Assembly: GCA_945898275.1 (NCBI GenBank)
Contig: CAMDHZ010000002.1
Location: forward strand, 5,007 to 69,006
Direction of reading: 5' to 3'
Length of the DNA stretch: 64,000 nt
Source of the DNA: Chitinophaga pinensis
GTDB lineage: Bacteria; Bacteroidota; Bacteroidia; UKL13-3
The number at the start of each line of letters is the position of its first letter. Positions within the stretch are counted from its first letter, which is position 1. Shown here piece after piece: positions 9,219-17,739 of this stretch. Below the pieces are notes generated by a model. The model worked only from the letters and a program-made list of their open reading frames with translations, did not search any database and had not been told where the DNA came from. Made by a program: the position numbers and the translations under genes.

Positions 9219-12134
9219 ATGGAAAACAAACAACTTTCTGATAATAGAATCTCCTACTGTATTGATGCCAGAAATGCCAATGAAAGTTGGTGGGAAAGTC
9301 TTGAAGGCTTTGTTTCAAAAACAAAGCAAGACCTAGAAGTGATTTGCCTTACTTCCTCCAATAAGTCATCCAATAATCCCAAAATAATCATCCAAACTTG
9401 GGATAATACAATAACTGCCTCAGGAAACTTTTCTTCAGCACTTCAGAATGCCTCTGGCAGCTTATCTGTATGTTTTTGGAATACTGTAGGAACTTTAGGA
9501 AATATTTCTCAGCAAATTCAAACCCAAAAGAAATTACTAAACCTGCAATCTCTTTCTATTGGTTCATTCCAACTTACTACAAAAGGAAGCAAAGTTAAAA
9601 TTCCCATTGCAGATAAGATATACAATAGTCTTACTAGAATCTTTACCTCTATTAAAGGTTCTGATTGCAATTCAGGAATTATTGCAGCCAATACACAATG
9701 GCTAAGTCAAAAACTTTCAAGCGATTTAGTAGCAGCAAATAATTTCCTTCAACTACTAAATTTAGCATCTTCCTATAAGGTTAAATCTCAAGAATTTGCA
9801 ATCAACAACCTCGAAAATAAACCAAGAAACAATTGGGTGAATCTAATTCCAAGCTTTTTTTCTTTAAGATGGAATTACTTTATCACCGATGCCAAATTGC
9901 AACTTAAACTTACAGACCAAAAATTAGGTTCAGGTAACCATCCGCTATATAGGATGCTTTATTTTGTTTTCTTTATCCTAATTAGTTTTGCCATGCCAAT
10001 TCTTTCTCAGGATTTTGGAAGTACTTGGGACGAAAAGGCACACAACGATTATTCCCAACTTGCCTATAGATATTTAACAACATTTGGAGAGGACTCAGCA
10101 GCTTTAGCAGAACCAGCCAATGGAGGAGAATATATTCGCCAAGCTTATAGATTTTATGGAGAACAACTAAATACAATTGCAGCATTTACCTACAATACTT
10201 TTGGCACTGGGGTTTACGAAACAAGGCATTTCATCAATAGTTTATATGGATTAATTGGACTTATATTTACCTCTTTGATTGCATTTGAATTAGCAGGTTG
10301 GCGTGCTGGCTTACTTGCATTACTTTTTATGTTTTTTAACCCAGGATGGATGGGCAACAGTATGAATAACCCAACTGATATTCCATTTGCTGTAGGATTT
10401 GCATTTGCAGGTTATTTTATGATAAAAGTTGTGAGAAGCCTACCGCAACCCCTATATAGAAATTTATTATGGCTCGCGGTTGGAATTGGAATAGGATTAG
10501 CATCACGTGTAGGAGCCTTGCTTATTTTGGCCTATTTTGGATTATTCCTAGCTATTCATTGGATAACCCTATTTAAACAAAAGGGTTCAAATCCCATGAA
10601 ACTTATTTTCCCATACGCCAAAATATTTCTAATTGTTGGAGTGATTGGCTATATCCTTGGAATTTTAATTTGGCCTTATGCCTTAGATAATCCTCTGGAA
10701 CACCCATTACTTGCCTTCAAAAAAGCCTCAGAAAATGCATTTTATACCAACAATGTGGAGCTATTTGAAGGAAAAAGAATGTATATGATCACTAGCGCGC
10801 CATGGTATTATGTATTCAAATTCTTAGGCATGGGAAATCCAATATATCTAATATTAGGTGTTGTTGCAAGTGTTTTGCTTTACCTTCCTTTGAAGAATAA
10901 AATAGGGATTGGTTCATACCTAATCTTGCTTTTTATGCTGCTTTTCCCAATTCTCTATGCAGAATATAGCAATTTAAATTACTACAATGGATGGAGACAT
11001 TACCTTTTCGTTCTGCCATTTGGAGTAAGTTTAGCAGCAATTTTTTGGGATTATTTATTAAGTCAAAAAAAGGCCATTGCGCTAAGTGCTTCGTTTATTC
11101 TTCTTGCATTATTTGCAAAACCTTCTATTTGGATCATACAAAACCACCCAAACCAATACGTCTATTTTAATGAGTTTGTAGGCGGACTAAAAGGTGCTTA
11201 TGGCACCTATGAAACAGATTATTATTCTAACTCTTGCAGGGAAGCTGCAGAATGGATTGCCAAACAACATCCAACAGATTCTTTGATTGTTGGAATTAAC
11301 AACGAAACTACAACTGCTGCTTATTGGGCCCACCAGATTAATCCTAACTTAAATTTTGTATGGACCAGAGAAATGGAAGAACAAAAACTTACTTGGGATT
11401 ACTTAATTTTAACAACACGTACCTTTTCAAAAAACGAATTACTAAATGGGTCATTTCCTCCAGCGGGCACGGTTTACACAGTTGAAGCAGATGGAATTCC
11501 ATTAGCGGCCGTTATTAAAAGGGCCAATTGGAGTATGCCAAGAGGTTACAAGGCGGTTGATAACTCTAATTTTGATTCTGCAATTTGGTACTTTAATGAT
11601 GCTGTAAAATATGCACCAAAAGATGAAGAGGCTTGGCGGATGTTGGGTTTCTCATTAATCAATACTTCTCAAATGGATAGTGCAGAAAAAACCTTACTAA
11701 AAGCTATTGAAATATATCCAGAAAACTTTACAGCCTACAGCAATTTAGGTTTAGTATATTTTAATCGAAAAGAATTTCAAAAAGCTACAGAAACCTTCAA
11801 AAAGAGCACAGACTTAAAAGAAAATGTAGTTGAAAGCTGGTATTATGCAGCTTTAGCCTATTTAAACTTGAATGACTATACTAATGGAATTAGATGTTTG
11901 GAAATGGCCAAAAAACATAATACCTCAATTCCAGAAGTATTCTATTATTTAGGTAAAGCATATGCAGCTACAAATAACTTTAACCTTGCTGCAGAAAACT
12001 ATCAATATGCTTTAGGCATGAACCCAAATTTCTTGCAGGCTTGGGGAGAATTAGCGCAGGTGTTTCAAAAACAAGGAAACAACGCAGCTGCTGAAGAATG
12101 TATAAAAAGGTACAGAGCCTTAGGCGGTTCATAA
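9219..12134 (+). CDS. Fusion protein: degenerate GT2-like N-domain + GT-C (PMT/ArnT-like) membrane glycosyltransferase + C-terminal TPRs
   Basis: DFGSTWDE motif in the loop after the first TM, about 11 TMs, then roughly 6 TPR repeats (e.g. AYSNLGLVYF, VFYYLGKAY). The N-terminal ~230 aa show weak DPM1-like remnants. Confidence 0.75.
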   Translation: MENKQLSDNRISYCIDARNANESWWESLEGFVSKTKQDLEVICLTSSNKSSNNPKIIIQTWDNTITASGNFSSALQNASGSLSVCFWNTVGTLGNISQQIQTQKKLLNLQSLSIGSFQLTTKGSKVKIPIADKIYNSLTRIFTSIKGSDCNSGIIAANTQWLSQKLSSDLVAANNFLQLLNLASSYKVKSQEFAINNLENKPRNNWVNLIPSFFSLRWNYFITDAKLQLKLTDQKLGSGNHPLYRMLYFVFFILISFAMPILSQDFGSTWDEKAHNDYSQLAYRYLTTFGEDSAALAEPANGGEYIRQAYRFYGEQLNTIAAFTYNTFGTGVYETRHFINSLYGLIGLIFTSLIAFELAGWRAGLLALLFMFFNPGWMGNSMNNPTDIPFAVGFAFAGYFMIKVVRSLPQPLYRNLLWLAVGIGIGLASRVGALLILAYFGLFLAIHWITLFKQKGSNPMKLIFPYAKIFLIVGVIGYILGILIWPYALDNPLEHPLLAFKKASENAFYTNNVELFEGKRMYMITSAPWYYVFKFLGMGNPIYLILGVVASVLLYLPLKNKIGIGSYLILLFMLLFPILYAEYSNLNYYNGWRHYLFVLPFGVSLAAIFWDYLLSQKKAIALSASFILLALFAKPSIWIIQNHPNQYVYFNEFVGGLKGAYGTYETDYYSNSCREAAEWIAKQHPTDSLIVGINNETTTAAYWAHQINPNLNFVWTREMEEQKLTWDYLILTTRTFSKNELLNGSFPPAGTVYTVEADGIPLAAVIKRANWSMPRGYKAVDNSNFDSAIWYFNDAVKYAPKDEEAWRMLGFSLINTSQMDSAEKTLLKAIEIYPENFTAYSNLGLVYFNRKEFQKATETFKKSTDLKENVVESWYYAALAYLNLNDYTNGIRCLEMAKKHNTSIPEVFYYLGKAYAATNNFNLAAENYQYALGMNPNFLQAWGELAQVFQKQGNNAAAEECIKRYRALGGS

Positions 12135-12175
12135 CCTCTTATTCACAATAATTATTATACTTGTCTATTTTTACT

Positions 12176-12219
12176 AAAACCTCTTAACCCTTATTAAATA
12201 AAGGGTTAAGAGGTTTTTT
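12176..12219 (+). terminator. Intrinsic terminator-like hairpin after the GT operon
   Basis: Perfect 17-bp inverted repeat AAAACCTCTTAACCCTT / AAGGGTTAAGAGGTTTT with an 8-nt loop, ending in a T-run. Confidence 0.75.
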
Positions 12220-12312
12220 AATAGCTATTCTATTTCAAAATTACGAAATCCACTGTTTACGTTGGAAACCCTATTGTTAAGCCAATGTAAAAAGACTTTA
12301 GTTTCGTATTTG

Positions 12313-13485
12313 ATGATACTCATAAATAAATACGAACCCATAATTTCAATAGATAAATCATTCGAAAACTGTGAGCAAGAATATGCTGAACTATGCAAAA
12401 TTTTCAACTTTATAGACTTACCAACGAGTATTAAAAATATTGAAAAAACAAACTCAGCTATCCTTAGAACGTATTATGCAAACGCATTAGACAATAACTT
12501 AATTGAAATAAAAATTGTTAAATACTTAATAAATAAAAATCTTAGAGGAACTACCCTTGCCGAAAAGGCAATAGAGCAATATTATCAAGCAGAACACTTT
12601 TTATCTCAACATATTCATCAGCCATTAAGCATCAACTTAATCAAAGATGTTATTCAAATAATTTCTAGTGAATCCAATTTTGAATTTGAAGAAAAGACAT
12701 TTTTCAATACAAGCAATTCGAGTATATCTAATCAGCTAAATTCAGACAGTGAAATTGAGTTAGAAAGCTTATTCGATTTCCTGAACTTAGATAGTGAGTT
12801 TCATCCCATTGTTCAGAGTTGGATTCTTCATTTTAGACTTCGCTCAATACCTTTAATTAATGAGGGTGCAAATAAATTGGCCTCCTTATTTCAACAGTTT
12901 TGGCTCCAAAAAAAGCAAATGGACCTAGAAGGGCTTTTAAGTTTAGAACATGAACTCTATTTAAATAAGTTGGAATATGAAGAAATAATCAATCGCTCCA
13001 TCGTAGGAGAAAGCAATGTCTTAAACAAACAACTGGCATTTGGTTTACAACTCCATCTTTCTCAAATTAATAGAATTAAAGACCTACTAAAATCCTATTT
13101 CAGGAAACAAATTGCCTTTGATAAATTAAATGCTAGGCAAAAAAATATTATGAACTATGTCTTCGAAAGAGGCTATAAACTCAAAGAGATTGATGATTCA
13201 ATTCTTAATAAAAGACAGAAACTCATCATGTATATTATCCAACATCGGGGGTTTATTTCTACAAAAGAATTGGTAAACGAATTTGATTGCAATAGAAAAA
13301 CCATTCAACGCGACTTTCAAATATTAATGGATATGGGTTTGGTAAAATCTATTGGCGCTGGTGCTGGACTTAGATACTGCATAAACCTACAAGAAAAAAG
13401 AAATCCGCATTTGGAAAACTTCCAAGCGGATTTCTTAAGAAATAATAAAGATGAAAATAATTCAACAAACGATTATTACCTATAA
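12313..13485 (+). CDS. Degenerate Fic-domain protein with C-terminal DeoR-type HTH
   Basis: HPIVQSWILH...IPLINEGANK aligns with the Fic HP..A..H..IHPFxDGNGR region. C-terminal RQKLI...STKELVNEFDCNRKTIQRDF is a DeoR-type HTH. The start is uncertain (ATG 12313 or TTG 12262). Confidence 0.7.
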   Translation: MILINKYEPIISIDKSFENCEQEYAELCKIFNFIDLPTSIKNIEKTNSAILRTYYANALDNNLIEIKIVKYLINKNLRGTTLAEKAIEQYYQAEHFLSQHIHQPLSINLIKDVIQIISSESNFEFEEKTFFNTSNSSISNQLNSDSEIELESLFDFLNLDSEFHPIVQSWILHFRLRSIPLINEGANKLASLFQQFWLQKKQMDLEGLLSLEHELYLNKLEYEEIINRSIVGESNVLNKQLAFGLQLHLSQINRIKDLLKSYFRKQIAFDKLNARQKNIMNYVFERGYKLKEIDDSILNKRQKLIMYIIQHRGFISTKELVNEFDCNRKTIQRDFQILMDMGLVKSIGAGAGLRYCINLQEKRNPHLENFQADFLRNNKDENNSTNDYYL

Positions 13486-13701
13486 CTCGTCTTCGTTATA
13501 AAAATAATCTTCATTTGTAGGATAATCTGGCCAAATTTCTTCAATTGTCTCAAAAGGTTCGCCATCGTCTTCCAATTCCTGTAGGTTTTCTATAACCTCT
13601 AAAGGTGCACCAGATCTAATGGCATAATCTATTAATTCATCCTTTGTTGCCGGCCACGGAGCATCATCTAAGTAAGACGCTAATTCTAATGTCCAATACA
13701 T
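13480..13701 (-). CDS. DUF2795 domain protein
   Basis: MYWTLELAS.L.DAPWPATKDELIDY signature of a highly conserved small Bacteroidota protein. Confidence 0.93.
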   Translation of the reverse strand: MYWTLELASYLDDAPWPATKDELIDYAIRSGAPLEVIENLQELEDDGEPFETIEEIWPDYPTNEDYFYNEDEL

Positions 13702-13787
13702 ACTTGTCTAATTTATATTTACGCGAATTTATAAAAAGAGTTCAGTTGTGCATCAAGTTTTTATGAAACTTGAAGAATTGCTTCAAA

Positions 13788-14813
13788 TTAATTGAATATG
13801 AGGCGTTTGATTATTTCTTTTCTTGCCAATTTACCTGAATTTGTAAACAAAAATGAATCTAAAACTATTCTATGAGTGGGTATCTCATATTTATGCAAGC
13901 TTTGTTGCAAGTAATCCTGAAGGTTTGAAAATGTTATATCACTCATTTTTCTTTCAGTTACCAAGCAAACTGATTCGCCCAAATTTAAATCAGGTTTACC
14001 AAAAACCATAAGATTTCCAAAGTCTTCTTTGTAAATTTCTACCCATTCAAATATTTTTTGTTCAACCTTTTCCGGACTTACTTTATATGCTCCTGAGTTA
14101 ATGACAAAATCAACTCTTCCATTAATCCTGAAGCGTCCTTCAGCATTCATTTCTACAAAGTCATTTGTTAAAAGGTCACTTCTCAAAAAAGGTGTGCTAA
14201 TAATTAGTGTGCATTCATCAGATAGTCTTACTCGGTAACCCTCCAAAACTTCATACCATTCCGAGCGATTCAAATCCATTAAAGCAATATGTGTTAGCGT
14301 TTCAGTCATTCCATAAGTATGAAAGACATTGTTTCCTTTACCAATCAGCTTGGTTCTCAATTCAGCATTGATGGCAGCCCCACCTATCAATACATTTTTT
14401 ATAAGCGCAAACTTTTGTTCATCAAAATTTTCATTTGAAATTTGAAGCGGAACAAAAGAAGCAAATGTATAAGGATGTTTAGAAGAAATCTTCGTCCAAA
14501 ACTTTGCAGAAGGTGAGATAATAGAAACACGACAGGCTAAATAACATGCCCTCAAGAACATCATTGCACCCGCAATAAAATTTGGGTCAAGGCATAAAAA
14601 AATATGCTCTTGACCCATTTTTAAATCTAATCTTTTGACAGTTGATTCAATACTGCTAATTACCTGCTGTTTTGTAAAAATAATTCGCTTTGGTTCACCA
14701 GTACTTCCAGAGGTACTAAACTCAAAATCAGCATCATTTTCCCATGCAAAAAGCAACTCATAAATTCTTTGCTTATATGCGTACTCACCAATAAATTCTA
14801 GTTCAAATGCCAA
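13788..14813 (-). CDS. menE: AMP-binding protein, o-succinylbenzoate-CoA ligase-like
   Basis: TSGSTGEPK, TYGMTET, GR.D.VINSG and GK..R motifs; short Bacteroidota MenE-like size. Confidence 0.75.
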   Translation of the reverse strand: MAFELEFIGEYAYKQRIYELLFAWENDADFEFSTSGSTGEPKRIIFTKQQVISSIESTVKRLDLKMGQEHIFLCLDPNFIAGAMMFLRACYLACRVSIISPSAKFWTKISSKHPYTFASFVPLQISNENFDEQKFALIKNVLIGGAAINAELRTKLIGKGNNVFHTYGMTETLTHIALMDLNRSEWYEVLEGYRVRLSDECTLIISTPFLRSDLLTNDFVEMNAEGRFRINGRVDFVINSGAYKVSPEKVEQKIFEWVEIYKEDFGNLMVFGKPDLNLGESVCLVTERKMSDITFSNLQDYLQQSLHKYEIPTHRIVLDSFLFTNSGKLARKEIIKRLIFN

Positions 14814-14821
14814 TTATTTAA

Positions 14822-15622
14822 TTATTGTTGAACCAAAAGTTTTCTGGTCAAGACATCTTCAGCAACTTGAACACTTAAAAAATATAAGCCAGCCTTCATA
14901 GAAGGAATCCTAAACTTTTCAGTAAATGTGCCAGCTGCATTAGCGCCATCATATAACTCAACAACTGATTTACCAGTAATATCAATAAGTTCAATTTTAA
15001 CCTTGCCAGCCTTTTTCATCTCAAAACTCAAATTCAAATCTTGATTAACATTTGGGTTAGGGAACATCTTCAACGAAGTAATAGATTCATTGCTATTAAT
15101 TCCGTTAGCAATTTTTTCACTTACAGTATATTTAGTTTTTCTAACCAAGCTTCTATTATTAGCAAATGCGCCATAAAAATCTACATTGCCTGTGCCAGCG
15201 GCTGGAGCCGTCCAAGTAAAACTCCAAGTTGCACTTGCACTTGAAATTGGTTGGGTATGTGTGATGTACTTTCCACCAACTCTTTGGTTTCCTGTTCCAG
15301 CTGTTAAAGAACCTATCAAAGTACCATCAGCCTTTTGCGGACTTACAATAAAACCCTTGTTACCACTTTGATCAACAGTTACAGAGACAGTATAAGTTGC
15401 ACCTGCTGTATATCCTTCAGCAGGAATGTTACTACTTATAATACCTGTTGCATCTTGGGCTGTACCATTATGGCAACCAGAAGTAGCGCAAGTTTTTCCT
15501 CCATCTCCTGGAGAGCCAGTTCTGCCATCAGACGGTGCACCATCAGGGTAAGATTTCAAAGTTGGTATGGTTATACCCATAAACGTTGAAATAAATAGAA
15601 TTAGTAAAGTTTTTCTTTTCAT
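14822..15622 (-). CDS. Reeler/choice-of-anchor V domain protein with T9SS type A CTD
   Basis: Signal peptide, TGSPGDGGKTCATSGCH, W.F.WTAP..GTG.V.FY, and CTD (FPNP...GLYFL...TRKLLV). Confidence 0.8.
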   Translation of the reverse strand: MKRKTLLILFISTFMGITIPTLKSYPDGAPSDGRTGSPGDGGKTCATSGCHNGTAQDATGIISSNIPAEGYTAGATYTVSVTVDQSGNKGFIVSPQKADGTLIGSLTAGTGNQRVGGKYITHTQPISSASATWSFTWTAPAAGTGNVDFYGAFANNRSLVRKTKYTVSEKIANGINSNESITSLKMFPNPNVNQDLNLSFEMKKAGKVKIELIDITGKSVVELYDGANAAGTFTEKFRIPSMKAGLYFLSVQVAEDVLTRKLLVQQ

Positions 15623-15642
15623 AATATTGTTATTATTAAGCT

Positions 15643-15669
15643 AGACAAGCATAAAAGGATTTGGTTGCA
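15643..15669 (-). promoter_or_regulatory. Possible ECF-sigma promoter upstream of the Reeler gene
   Basis: Minus-strand TGCAAC-N17-GTCT resembles ECF -35/-10 elements. Confidence 0.3.
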
Positions 15670-15689
15670 TTAACAGTGCTATTTTATAA

Positions 15690-16955
15690 TTATTTAACCC
15701 TCAACCATGGCAATGGGTTTTGAAATACTCTTTGTTTCCAAACCTCAAAATGCAATCTGCCTTCTCCAGAATCCTGATGAACCGCCAAAGCACCGATTAC
15801 CTTTCCAGTATCAATAGACTCACCAATCTTTACAGAAACCTTTGCTAACCTTGCATAAACGGTATAATACTCCCCATGACTTACCAAAACAACTTTATCC
15901 AAACCAGGGATTGGAAAAATTGCCTTAACCACTCCTTTGTATACTGCTTTAACTTCGGCATTTGGCTTTGATAGAATTTCTATTCCATTATTTGTCGTAA
16001 CAACACCTTTAAGCGTTGGATGGGCATGGTCACCAAAAGTTTCAATTACCTTCCCGCTAACCGGCCAAGGAAGTTTTCCTTTGCTACTCGAAAAATCAAG
16101 TCCTAACTTAATATCAGCATCACTTAGGTAACTTGTACTCGTTTTTGGTGCCGATGGTTTATTCGCTTTCTGTGCTGCAGCTCTTTTCTTTTCTTCGGCC
16201 TTTCTTGCAGCCTCAATTTCTCTGGCAATTTGAAGCTCAATTTCTTTACTCAATTTCTTAGCAGCAAGCACTTGTTTTTCAATCTTCTGCTTTAAATCTT
16301 TCTCCTTCCCTTGCAATTGGGTCAATAATTTTTGTTCTTCCTGTTTGTCTTGGACCAAAGCCTTTTTTTCTGTCTCTTTTTCCTTAATTAAAAATGCTTT
16401 CTCTTGTTTAACTGTAATCATTTCGGAAATCAAAGCAATCATCTGCCTTTGCGTATTTAGGATAAGTTGTGCCTGCTTTTGTCTGTAGGTACCATAGGCA
16501 TTTAAATACCTCAAGCGACGCATCGCCTGCTGCAAGTCTTTGGCTTCAAATACAAAAAATAATAAATCAGCACTATTGAGCCTTCTTTTGTAGGCCGCAA
16601 TTAAAAAATTCGCATAATCTTGTTTTAGCAAAATAACGTCCTGTCGTAGCTTGGTAACCATTTCCTTTTGGTTGCCAATTTGCAGCGTTAATTCAAATGC
16701 TTGCTGTCCAACAACATTAATAACTTGCTCACGGTTTTCGATTTGTTCGGCTAATATTTTAAGCTCCTTTTCTTTATTAAAAGCTTCCGCCTTAACTTTA
16801 ATTAATTCATTTTTATTTTTTCTTATGCTTTCTTGTAATTGCTTCCTTTTGGCTTCTAACTCCTTTCTCCTATCGGCAGGTGTTTGAGCAGCAAAAACTG
16901 AAATAATTAGGCTTAAAAAAATAATAACTAAGAAGTACTTAGTTAAATTTTTCAA
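15690..16955 (-). CDS. Murein hydrolase activator EnvC / M23 peptidase family with coiled coil
   Basis: Long coiled coil followed by an M23 domain (KGKLPWPV, NNGI, LHFEVW). The start is probably TTG 16955. Confidence 0.88.
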   Translation of the reverse strand: MKNLTKYFLVIIFLSLIISVFAAQTPADRRKELEAKRKQLQESIRKNKNELIKVKAEAFNKEKELKILAEQIENREQVINVVGQQAFELTLQIGNQKEMVTKLRQDVILLKQDYANFLIAAYKRRLNSADLLFFVFEAKDLQQAMRRLRYLNAYGTYRQKQAQLILNTQRQMIALISEMITVKQEKAFLIKEKETEKKALVQDKQEEQKLLTQLQGKEKDLKQKIEKQVLAAKKLSKEIELQIAREIEAARKAEEKKRAAAQKANKPSAPKTSTSYLSDADIKLGLDFSSSKGKLPWPVSGKVIETFGDHAHPTLKGVVTTNNGIEILSKPNAEVKAVYKGVVKAIFPIPGLDKVVLVSHGEYYTVYARLAKVSVKIGESIDTGKVIGALAVHQDSGEGRLHFEVWKQRVFQNPLPWLRVK

Positions 16956-17730
16956 CTTTATAAGATTTAGGAACAACAAAAGAGGGGTCTTGGTTAACAT
17001 CTAGTGCGAAATTGCTCATTGTAAAATGGCATTCCACTTTTTTTTCTCCCTTAATGTTAATTAAAATGTCGCTAGGCAGACTATTTTCTCCTACCTGCTC
17101 AAAACTTCCATATTTTATGGCCATCTCCCGCGCATTTCCTTGTTCACTTAACCATACATCACTAACTTTAAAGGATGAATTATAAGTTGCTTTCTGCATT
17201 AACAATCCAATTTGAGTAAAAATTTGAAGATAATTATTGCTTGTATCCAATTTAGTTTCTTCAAATCTAGCATCAAACAAAGTGTTACCATAAACAAGAT
17301 TTTGTATTTCAGTAAAAGTAAGTGGTGCCTTTATGAAGCTATTTAAATAACTATAGGAAGCAGTAATATACTTCTTGTTTATATAATCAATTATTCTAAT
17401 AGAATCGGGTTTTAGCAATATCCTAGCAACGTTTACAAGTCCGAATGCCTTTGCATTTAGCCAAATGTATTGGTCTTTTTTTATGGTTAACTCTAAATTT
17501 AAAGTTACACTGTTCTTGTCGTCTTTATAATCTGCGACAGCAGAATATTTAAGGGCATTTGCATTAAATTTTGCGGCTTTTACTTGGTTCAAAACAACCA
17601 ATAAACTTTCATTACTTTTACTTTTTAAACGTTCAGTTGGCAACTCACCTTGTGTACTTGCTTTTTTAGTTTTGCAAGAAAAGATTAAACTGAGCAATAA
17701 GAACACACTTACAAAAGCAATAAATCTCAT
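16939..17730 (-). CDS. DUF4292 domain lipoprotein
   Basis: Lipobox IFSC; conserved position between the TPR gene and EnvC in Bacteroidota. Confidence 0.82.
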   Translation of the reverse strand: MRFIAFVSVFLLLSLIFSCKTKKASTQGELPTERLKSKSNESLLVVLNQVKAAKFNANALKYSAVADYKDDKNSVTLNLELTIKKDQYIWLNAKAFGLVNVARILLKPDSIRIIDYINKKYITASYSYLNSFIKAPLTFTEIQNLVYGNTLFDARFEETKLDTSNNYLQIFTQIGLLMQKATYNSSFKVSDVWLSEQGNAREMAIKYGSFEQVGENSLPSDILINIKGEKKVECHFTMSNFALDVNQDPSFVVPKSYKVEKFN

Positions 17731-17739
17731 AATTAAAAT

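Noticed and set aside
10583..10595. GGGTTCAAATCCC, resembling a tRNA T-arm or an att site
   Set aside because: It lies inside a coding region with no cloverleaf or integrase nearby; it is better explained as a variant of the dispersed GGTTCAA word.
12176..13485. Long inverted repeat plus Fic-like gene as a mobile-element remnant
   Set aside because: There is no transposase/integrase, second end or target duplication; the hairpin fits a terminator.
13753..13773. Inverted repeat TCAAGTTT-N5-AAACTTGA between menE and DUF2795
   Set aside because: It is a single short AT-rich copy; I cannot tell an operator or weak terminator from chance.
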